Virus record (IMG/VR): IMGVR_UViG_3300019886_000099
Span: 1-25,422 of that record
From: a virus
Lineage: Duplodnaviria > Caudoviricetes
Direction: 5' to 3' (one strand)
Length of the DNA: 25,422 nt
Under the pieces are notes generated by a model. The model was not told where the DNA came from, did not search any database, and saw only the letters and a list, made by a program, of their open reading frames with translations. Made by a program: the position numbers and the translations under genes. Positions 17,267 to 23,976 of the stretch are shown piece by piece (position 1 is the first letter of the stretch; every line of letters begins with the position of its first letter).

Positions 17267-18127
17267 TTACCTTGCGCTGCGTTCCAAGGCTTTGGCAAGA
17301 GCGTCTTCGGTTTTGTCCCAACTATCGAACGTGTCGGCAGCGGGTTTGAAGTACTCACTTGGCCCGGATTCGAATTCCGCGAAGCCACGCCCTTCAGCGC
17401 GCTCCCGTGCGGTCTTTTCCGATTCCGAAGCTGCTTTCCGGTCCCCCGCCCACTCGTCGAGAATCCCTTTCATGGTTCGGGGAATGTCCACGAAGTTTCC
17501 ATTGGAGATTCTCTGAACCACGTTCTGATCACTCGACAGTTCCGCCCCTAAGCGGGCGCGGATGGCTTTGGTTTCCGCCTTGGTAAGGTTGAGTTCCTTG
17601 ATGTCCTTCTGTCCAAGAAGGTCATCGACGCGCGAGTCGTATCGCTTTTGCGCCGCTGCGAAAGCAATGGCAGTTTCCCGCCTCTGTTCGCGTGTTTCCG
17701 AGGCTGCGACCTTTTCGCGGAGCGCTTGCATTTCCCGCAGCAGATCGTTGTTCTGGGCGTCACCCGAGGGCTTGCCAGAGTCCTTACCCTTGTCGAGCAG
17801 GTGTTTATTCTGCTCAAGGTAGGTGTCGGACATCGACTCCAGGAAGCGGTTCCCCAGGGCCGGATCGGTGCGTTGGAGCATTTTTACAAATTCGGTGGGA
17901 TCGGTTTCAATCTGATTCCTGATGGCGGCCAAAGCTTTTGGCGCTTCCATCAAGGCGTTCAACTGATCTTTGGAGTAGCCGGAATCCAGCAAAATCTGGC
18001 CAATTTCGGCGGCGTCCAAATTTGGACTGAGGGTTACAGGCTTTTCCTCAAGCTTTTCAATCGGCTTTTCGTCGTTCGTTCCGTCAGACACTAGCGTGTC
18101 GCGCAGGGTTGCTTCCGGTTCGGGCAT
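17267..18127 (-). CDS. Capsid scaffolding protein
   Basis: Acidic, helical/coiled-coil protein just before the capsid gene, ending in an amphipathic helix (DSWDKTEDALAKALERSAR). Start uncertain (ATG 18127 or TTG 18139). Confidence 0.72.
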   Translation of the reverse strand: MPEPEATLRDTLVSDGTNDEKPIEKLEEKPVTLSPNLDAAEIGQILLDSGYSKDQLNALMEAPKALAAIRNQIETDPTEFVKMLQRTDPALGNRFLESMSDTYLEQNKHLLDKGKDSGKPSGDAQNNDLLREMQALREKVAASETREQRRETAIAFAAAQKRYDSRVDDLLGQKDIKELNLTKAETKAIRARLGAELSSDQNVVQRISNGNFVDIPRTMKGILDEWAGDRKAASESEKTARERAEGRGFAEFESGPSEYFKPAADTFDSWDKTEDALAKALERSAR

Positions 18128-18326
18128 CTGAATTGACAATTACCCTTTCGTTGGTGGATTTGCCATTTGTGATATCACTCAGCCGGGCGCGTTCGATGAG
18201 CTTGTTGACCAAAGAGGCGATGGAAACCCCCTGCCGCATGGCCCGGAAGCAGAGGTAATCGTAGTTCGAGACCTCTACGCTCAGAATGTAGCGGCATTTC
18301 TCCGTGTTGGGACGTTGGCGTGTCAT
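18084..18326 (-). CDS. Ribbon-helix-helix (CopG/Arc-like) DNA-binding protein (80 aa)
   Basis: RYILSVEVSNYDYLCFRAMRQGVSIASLVNKLIERAR fits the strand-helix-G.S-helix RHH pattern. Preceded by an AT-rich gap; the 3' end overlaps the scaffold start. Confidence 0.6.
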   Translation of the reverse strand: MTRQRPNTEKCRYILSVEVSNYDYLCFRAMRQGVSIASLVNKLIERARLSDITNGKSTNERVIVNSDARTGSNPARHASV

Positions 18327-18370
18327 ATCTTCGAACAGAAAATCATTACTTCGGCAAGAAAGGATTTCAT

Positions 18371-18811
18371 TTACACAAACACGCCATTGAGGGCGTCGTA
18401 CTTGCAGTAGATCAGTCTGATTTTCAGGGAGTTCGAGTTGTCGTCAGGATCGCCGCCGTCATAATTGGGGGCTGAGTTGACCAGGAAAATCGCCTGCGCT
18501 CCCTGCGCACCCACGTTCTTCGGGGTGGAGTTTGCGGCGATGACCTGAACGCTCTGCGATGTCTTGTCCAGCAAGCCGAGCGAACTGGCGGCAATATAGG
18601 AGAGCCCAGAAAAGCTATCGCGGACCTGGAGATCGCCGGAACCAAGACCGCTGAATACTGCCACTCCGCCAAATTTCCAGTCAAGCACCAACTGCATCGG
18701 GATAATTTTGTCGCGGGAGGGAATCACGATGAGATTCACCGGGGTTGAGTGCAGAGACAGCAAATCCGAATCGTTCAGCGTCCCATCAAGTTCATAGGTC
18801 GGGGGTGTCAT
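18371..18811 (-). CDS. Hypothetical beta-rich virion-type protein (146 aa)
   Basis: AAAGGAG RBS; LNDSDLLSLHSTPVNLI N-terminal motif; alternating beta-strand pattern ending LKIRLIY. Confidence 0.7.
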   Translation of the reverse strand: MTPPTYELDGTLNDSDLLSLHSTPVNLIVIPSRDKIIPMQLVLDWKFGGVAVFSGLGSGDLQVRDSFSGLSYIAASSLGLLDKTSQSVQVIAANSTPKNVGAQGAQAIFLVNSAPNYDGGDPDDNSNSLKIRLIYCKYDALNGVFV

Positions 18812-18823
18812 TGTGGTCTCCTT

Positions 18824-19927
18824 TCAGTTGATGATCCAGTAGGAATAGCATTCTGGATTCGTCGTGATAGTGGACATGTTGATGGTGAAGCTAGTACCGT
18901 TAACCTTTGACGCCAGAAGAATGCCAGGCGGAACAGTTGGAGCAGTGTTGCAGGTTACCCCTAAATCAGCGCCTGCTGCTGAGTTTGGCTGCACAATGAT
19001 GGTTGGAGAATTGCTGCCGGTAGCGCTGGTTGCAATGACACATGTACCGCCCGACGCAGCCGTAGCGCAAGAAAATTCCCCTGCTGGGGCGGTTCCGCAC
19101 GCTACTAATGATGGATTGGCGGATGTTCCAACCGCAGCGCAGGATGTAACAGACTGATATTTTGTAGCAGTTACCGTTGCAAGTTGTGTAGCACCGACAG
19201 CTTGAAGGGTTGCCGAAAAAATTCCATTCCCAGCGCTGATATTTCCGTTGTCAGCGCCGGTTGATGGAGTTGTCGCTAGTTGGTCGAAGTTGACCCAATT
19301 CGCCGTCGTCGCATTCGTAATCTTGACGGTCGCGCCAGCGATGGGAAGCGCTGCGGTTGCCGCGGCCCACGTACCATCACCTCGCCAAAACGTAGAACTC
19401 GAGGCACTCGTCCCAGAGTTCAAATTACCAACGGCAAGATTTCCGGTCACATCGCCCGTAGCCAAATTCACCGCGCTGCTGGTAACGGTTTGGGTTGCGC
19501 CAGCGAAGTGGGCCAGCCCAGCGCCAGGAGCCGAAGCCACCACGCAGGTTGCACAGGCCAGCGTTCCGGTCGTCGTGATTGGCCCTCCTGTGATCGGCGA
19601 CGTTGTGGCAATACTGCTGATTCCACCCGAACCTCCGCCTCCAAGCGAGATGTTGAAAGTCTGATTTGTCGGACTACCCATTTGAATCGTGTACTGCGCC
19701 GCTGCGGCGTAGAACCCAAACTGCCCTCCCGGTCCAATATTGGATGGATTCACGACTGCCGAAGTCAGCGCCGCATCGTTGAAGATGCTGGATGGGCTGG
19801 GACACGGCCGAACCGCTCCCAGAGGACAGACGGTAATGGTGGTGTTGGGGTAAGGTTGCGGGAGAGAGTAGAAGAACCCCTGCCCGAAGGCGCTGCCGAG
19901 CAAGAGCAACCAGATTAGCCGTTTCAT
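18824..19927 (-). CDS. Fibre-like virion protein with N-terminal signal peptide (367 aa)
   Basis: ATGA overlap with the portal stop. MKRLIWLLLLGSAFG-Q; SIFNDAALTSAVVNP...GQFGFYA domain; fibre motifs ITGGPITTTGTL and TFWRGDGTWA; 10 Cys. Confidence 0.78.
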   Translation of the reverse strand: MKRLIWLLLLGSAFGQGFFYSLPQPYPNTTITVCPLGAVRPCPSPSSIFNDAALTSAVVNPSNIGPGGQFGFYAAAAQYTIQMGSPTNQTFNISLGGGGSGGISSIATTSPITGGPITTTGTLACATCVVASAPGAGLAHFAGATQTVTSSAVNLATGDVTGNLAVGNLNSGTSASSSTFWRGDGTWAAATAALPIAGATVKITNATTANWVNFDQLATTPSTGADNGNISAGNGIFSATLQAVGATQLATVTATKYQSVTSCAAVGTSANPSLVACGTAPAGEFSCATAASGGTCVIATSATGSNSPTIIVQPNSAAGADLGVTCNTAPTVPPGILLASKVNGTSFTINMSTITTNPECYSYWIIN

Positions 19928-21738
19928 TGTGTCATTCTCCGTACTCCCGCGCCATTGCCGGAAGGCGGTTGAGGCTTATGAGGCCGTGCCGCCTGACCTT
20001 TTTCCGCGCGTTGCTGCCGAACTTGTGGGTTGGCCGGAATTTGCCCGCCTTGCTTGCCAGCCTGCTTGCCCTCAGGCTGCTTCCCTTGGGATGGACCGTT
20101 TGGGCCTCCAGAAGCTCCACCAGCCGCCGCATCCCCTGCCTGCTGGCCTGACCCCTGCGCCATGGCCTGCATCTGCTGCATGCGAATCTGGTTCATGACA
20201 TGCGCCTGCATGTGCATCTTGATTATCTGGCGGATTTGCATGTTCTGGGGGTCTCTGCCCTCATCCGAGTTCAGCCACTGCCGGCAGATGTCGATATGCA
20301 CGGCGTCGTTGTCCACGATCAGCTCTGGTTGAATGGGCTGCATCGTGTTTTTCATCTGCTCAATCTCTTCCCACTGCACTTTCTGGTCGCCGTAGAGGTT
20401 ATCCAGCTCTCTGGGCAGGTGGAAGAGTTCCATTGACTTAGCTTTGACTCGAGGGTCCTGCGGATCCAGCATTCCGGAAGCGATGGCTTGCGACATGGAA
20501 TCCTGCTGGCCCGGATCAATGGGAAGGACTCGAGTCACAATCTTGATGCGGTCCATGTCGATGGCTGAGCCTTTCAGCTTTTCAAACTCCCAGCGGCCAT
20601 TGATGCCAAACACCGAATGCACGCGCTCGTCCAGCCAGTTCTCCGAAGCCAGCACCAGCGTCTGACGGGCCCAGAGAGCGTCTGCGGTTTTCCACAGCGC
20701 CAACTGAGGTGACAGAGCGGAATCCGATTTCGCAGAAGCAGCTTCCTGACCACCCCAGGTGTTCACACCCTCCTCGTGCTGCCCGACGGCGGCAGGCGAG
20801 ACTTTGGAGTGAAACTGCATGTCCTGGATGTGGGAACTTCTCCACTGCCAGGTTTCATTCGACAACGGCATGGACTGAATCTGGTGGAAGGCGTCAGAGA
20901 CGGGTTTGCCTGCGGCTTTGACTTCAATCAGCGTCGAGGGGTCGTTGATGATGTTGTTTTTGTCGATACGCTGGGAGTCGATTCCAAGAATCGGAGCCGA
21001 GTTGTAACCTTGATTCCGTGCGATGAGGCGGTCAGTCTCGTCCAGCTTAAGCTGTCCTGGAATGATGTCATCATCACCGTCACCCCAGATTCTGCCGGGG
21101 ACCGGGATAAAAACGTAGTGGGTCCAGTGGTTTTCGATGGTGTCATTTCTAGCCTCTAAGAGGGTGTCTCCGGTCTTGGCGCCATAGAGTCCGTCGGGGA
21201 ACTTTTTGGCCATCTCTTTATCGAAGAAATACAGGCTTGGTCGCAGCCAACCTTCGACCAAAAGAGCTTTTGCAGCCGCGGTGGCTCGTTCGTACCAAGC
21301 CGCATACTGAGTTGGGTCCCCAGGCAGATCGGCCAGAGACTGCATGTAGATGAGACCAAGGTCCCCGCCCGTCGAGTAAGCTTCTCCGCCGCCTTCATCT
21401 CCTTTGGGAGCGAGTTGGATCTTCGGGTAGGCCGACTGCAAACCCATGCGGTCAACAACCCGGTTCCGAACAAGAAAAGGCGCGTGCCAGAGGTCATACG
21501 AACTGCTCCTGACATAGATTTCGAGAGGGTTGACCGCTTCCGTCATCAACTCGCCCTTCGGATACTTTACCGATCCAGTTTGAGTGGGGAGCCTGCTGGT
21601 AACTGGAGGCGTTGCTTCAACCGCGCCGCCACAGCCGGGACACTGATCGTGAGTTCCTTCCATCGGGCCGCAGGAACCACACTGGCTTCCACCGGGCGAA
21701 AGCATAGCCGTAACGAGGGTCTTTGGAGTAATACGCAT
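19924..21738 (-). CDS. Portal protein, C-terminal part (frameshifted), with a CxxC...CxxC zinc ribbon
   Basis: Portal-type features NPLEIYV, HYVFIPVPGRIWGDG, QLKLD and DNDAVHIDICRQW, and a Gln/Gly-rich tail. No SD at its in-frame ATGs; meaningful sequence appears to begin near LSPGGSQCGSCG (~21705). Confidence 0.8.
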   Translation of the reverse strand: MRITPKTLVTAMLSPGGSQCGSCGPMEGTHDQCPGCGGAVEATPPVTSRLPTQTGSVKYPKGELMTEAVNPLEIYVRSSSYDLWHAPFLVRNRVVDRMGLQSAYPKIQLAPKGDEGGGEAYSTGGDLGLIYMQSLADLPGDPTQYAAWYERATAAAKALLVEGWLRPSLYFFDKEMAKKFPDGLYGAKTGDTLLEARNDTIENHWTHYVFIPVPGRIWGDGDDDIIPGQLKLDETDRLIARNQGYNSAPILGIDSQRIDKNNIINDPSTLIEVKAAGKPVSDAFHQIQSMPLSNETWQWRSSHIQDMQFHSKVSPAAVGQHEEGVNTWGGQEAASAKSDSALSPQLALWKTADALWARQTLVLASENWLDERVHSVFGINGRWEFEKLKGSAIDMDRIKIVTRVLPIDPGQQDSMSQAIASGMLDPQDPRVKAKSMELFHLPRELDNLYGDQKVQWEEIEQMKNTMQPIQPELIVDNDAVHIDICRQWLNSDEGRDPQNMQIRQIIKMHMQAHVMNQIRMQQMQAMAQGSGQQAGDAAAGGASGGPNGPSQGKQPEGKQAGKQGGQIPANPQVRQQRAEKGQAARPHKPQPPSGNGAGVRRMTQ

Positions 21739-22273
21739 AGCGGAACGAATTCCCGAACAGACGCAGATTGATGGCTTCGAGAACCCTGAGGTAGTCGTAC
21801 TTCACCGTCTGCTTGATGATTTCGAGAGCTGTCTTCGCCGCCTTCGTAGCCGCCTGCGCTTCCGCATCGTCATTCGACGGGATGGGCTCAATCAGGGGTT
21901 CGTTCTGGATGTAGGCTTTGACGCCGTAGAGAACCAGCGTCCGGTAGTAGTTGTTGGGAAAAGCGTAGTCTCCAGAATCCTGCGAGAGTACATCCCAGGC
22001 AACGTTGATGTCCGACCATTCGAGTTCATGATAGCCCTGGTAGAACAGGGCGTTGCGCATCCATTTGCGCGCGAACTGAATTTTTTCGAACGATCCCTCG
22101 CGGTAAACTGAATCCAGCAACCACAGAACCCGCTTCTCGAGCGGTTCCGTAATGGGATATCCGCGCGCGAGGTCTATGGCGTCGGGCTTCTCGGTTTTGC
22201 TGCTGAGAACTTTGTCTTTGCCCTTGAAGAAGTCGGAAACTTTGCCGCCGAGGCCGGTAACGAGGGTGGACAT
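21617..22273 (-). CDS. Portal protein, N-terminal part (frameshifted near 21705)
   Basis: W.RNALFYQGYH, NNYYRTLV and EPIPSNDDAEAQAATKAAKTALE are typical portal N-terminal motifs; GAGGA RBS. Sequence after DPRYGY looks like out-of-frame read-on. Confidence 0.8.
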   Translation of the reverse strand: MSTLVTGLGGKVSDFFKGKDKVLSSKTEKPDAIDLARGYPITEPLEKRVLWLLDSVYREGSFEKIQFARKWMRNALFYQGYHELEWSDINVAWDVLSQDSGDYAFPNNYYRTLVLYGVKAYIQNEPLIEPIPSNDDAEAQAATKAAKTALEIIKQTVKYDYLRVLEAINLRLFGNSFRYAYYSKDPRYGYAFARWKPVWFLRPDGRNSRSVSRLWRRG

Positions 22274-22531
22274 CTACTTCCTCATACCCCGAATCCAATC
22301 CGTTCCCGGAACCGGCATGGAGAACAGTTTCTTCCGGGCCTTGGCCACAAACGGCTCCTTCTCCGGCACTTTACCCTCCATACTTTCCACGCTCACTCCC
22401 TGCATCTCGGAGAAAATTCGCATCAATCGTGTCTGAAACTGGAACACCAGAATCAGGCTTAGGATTGCGACTGCCGCCAGACACAATACCGCGAAGAGCA
22501 GCATGAACGTCGTCAGGGTTGATATCGTCAT
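22274..22531 (-). CDS. Small single-pass membrane protein (85 aa)
   Basis: ATG 22531 with GGAG 6 nt upstream; hydrophobic FMLLFAVLCLAAVAILSLILVF followed by a charged tail; TAG abuts the portal ATG. Confidence 0.6.
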   Translation of the reverse strand: MTISTLTTFMLLFAVLCLAAVAILSLILVFQFQTRLMRIFSEMQGVSVESMEGKVPEKEPFVAKARKKLFSMPVPGTDWIRGMRK

Positions 22532-22583
22532 CGAAAACTCCATACTTGGAACGGCTTTCCGTAGGTAAATCCCCTCTAGCCAT
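22371..22583 (-). CDS. Possible overlapping acidic protein (70 aa)
   Basis: GGAGGA SD 4 nt before ATG 22583, which overlaps the upstream stop. MARGDLPTESRSKYGVFDDDINPDD...SERGKYGG overlaps 22274-22531 in another frame. Confidence 0.4.
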   Translation of the reverse strand: MARGDLPTESRSKYGVFDDDINPDDVHAALRGIVSGGSRNPKPDSGVPVSDTIDANFLRDAGSERGKYGG

Positions 22584-22800
22584 GTCGTCCTCCACAGCAC
22601 TCCCGTCCCACCCAGCGCTCCTGGCCATGAACCGTATCCATCCAAACCAGATTCTTCGAGACCCGGCCACACTTCACGCAGCGGCCTTGCTTCCCGCTCT
22701 GCGGCATCAGTTGTTGAATGGGAATTCTGGGAGCGTTGTCGAGAGCTTTCTTTTCCGCGGCTACTTGCGCAGCGAGGAAGTCGGATTTTGGGTCAGGCAT
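22576..22800 (-). CDS. Small Cys-containing protein, possible zinc finger (74 aa)
   Basis: RCVKCGR...GRECC; start overlaps the upstream stop. Confidence 0.65.
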   Translation of the reverse strand: MPDPKSDFLAAQVAAEKKALDNAPRIPIQQLMPQSGKQGRCVKCGRVSKNLVWMDTVHGQERWVGRECCGGRHG

Positions 22801-23407
22801 TCGAATCTTTCAGGATGTTCTGTGCGCGGTCAAAACTCATCCAATCATCGTCCATCCAAGCTGTGCAGACGGCCCCGCCTTCTACTTCTTGTTGCAGAAC
22901 GCGGCAAAACGCTGTGGACTCAGCTCGTTTGTCTTCGCCAATTGAAATGTACGAGTCGCAATCGTCTCCGCCATTCTTGCCCGAACAGCACGCTCCGCCA
23001 TACTCCTGACCAACCCTCGGCGCATTGATCCATCCCAGCCCAAGTTGGTCAGCGCTGACATAAGGCTCCCGGCAAACCTGCGGCCCCGTGTTCGGCTCAC
23101 CCCGCATCCATGAAGAACAGCATGGCCAATACTGAATAGGCTTGGCATCGGCTGTGGCTTTCAGCGGCCAGATGAGTTTCTTAACTGGAATGCGCTCGCC
23201 GAGGAACTGACAGGAGCGGTCGTAGTTGTAAAACTGGCAGTTATAGCACGTAGCGGGCTCACCCTCCATCGCGCCTTCCGGCACATATCCGACTTGGCCC
23301 TTGGTGAGCACGGGAACGGTCGTAAGTTCTGGCTGGGAGAGGCCCCGGCGCTGGGCATTAACCTTGCGGAGGTTCTCGACCTTGTAAACCAGAAAATTGG
23401 CGGGCAT
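22793..23407 (-). CDS. Cys-rich protein with two HiPIP-like (putative Fe-S) repeats (204 aa)
   Basis: VGY...CYNCQFY....CQFL...WPCCSSW and C...DCDSY...FCRVLQQEVEGGAVCTAW; 11 Cys; TAATG coupling. Confidence 0.55.
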   Translation of the reverse strand: MPANFLVYKVENLRKVNAQRRGLSQPELTTVPVLTKGQVGYVPEGAMEGEPATCYNCQFYNYDRSCQFLGERIPVKKLIWPLKATADAKPIQYWPCCSSWMRGEPNTGPQVCREPYVSADQLGLGWINAPRVGQEYGGACCSGKNGGDDCDSYISIGEDKRAESTAFCRVLQQEVEGGAVCTAWMDDDWMSFDRAQNILKDSNA

Positions 23408-23640
23408 TACTGCGTTCTCTTAAGTTTCTGTTTCACCGATTGCAGCTTATTGGTTTTCGCGGTTTTCTCGGCCAAAAACTGGCCCTCGGGAGGCATTTCC
23501 TGAGGGTTCCTCTGCGCAATCTGGCCGCCCTGAAGTGCACCCATTGGATTGAGGGGTATCATTTGGGAAGCCCTGTACATAAGATCACCGGCGAGTCCAG
23601 GCGGAAATACCTGACGGGCCAGTAATTTGTTTTCAGCCAT
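23407..23640 (-). CDS. Small protein with basic C-terminal motif (77 aa)
   Basis: TAATG coupling at both ends; ends LAEKTAKTNKLQSVKQKLKRTQ. Confidence 0.7.
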   Translation of the reverse strand: MAENKLLARQVFPPGLAGDLMYRASQMIPLNPMGALQGGQIAQRNPQEMPPEGQFLAEKTAKTNKLQSVKQKLKRTQ

Positions 23641-23777
23641 TATGGTTTCGGAGCCTTGGCCATCTTAATCTTCAATTTCACCGACTTCACGTTATTGGCT
23701 TTGACCGCCTTCTCCGCCAGGCTGCTGACTGGCTTCAAAACCGACGTTGGCCGAGTCAATCCGCCCATGGTTCCCAT
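23640..23777 (-). CDS. Small Lys-rich protein (45 aa, below ORF-track cutoff)
   Basis: Hand translation MGTMGGLTRPTSVLKPVSSLAEKAVKANNVKSVKLKIKMAKAPKP. AAGGAG RBS; TAATG overlap with the next gene; shares a motif with 23407-23640. Confidence 0.72.
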   Translation of the reverse strand: MGTMGGLTRPTSVLKPVSSLAEKAVKANNVKSVKLKIKMAKAPKP

Positions 23778-23976
23778 GTTCCATCTCCTTGGTCCGCTTT
23801 TCCGTCTCAAATTGGATGCGTTCCATCAACTCGTTATCCCGCAAAACGCCTTTGTCGATCAGCAACAGCTCCAAACACTCCAAGGCAAACGCCACGCCGC
23901 CCACATTGACCGCCAGAGCAGCAGTACGCGACATTTTCTTCATCTTCCGCACTTCCGCCGCCAGCACACCGCGCAT
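23692..23976 (-). CDS. Hypothetical helical protein (94 aa)
   Basis: ATG 23976 in a TAATG overlap with the terminase stop, behind GGGAGG; LELLLIDKGVLRDNEL helical motif. Confidence 0.65.
   Translation of the reverse strand: MRGVLAAEVRKMKKMSRTAALAVNVGGVAFALECLELLLIDKGVLRDNELMERIQFETEKRTKEMEHGNHGRIDSANVGFEASQQPGGEGGQSQ

Noticed and set aside
18327-18370. AT-rich gap as a sigma70 promoter
   Set aside because: TTGCCG is present but there is no properly spaced -10 hexamer, so it cannot be supported from sequence alone.
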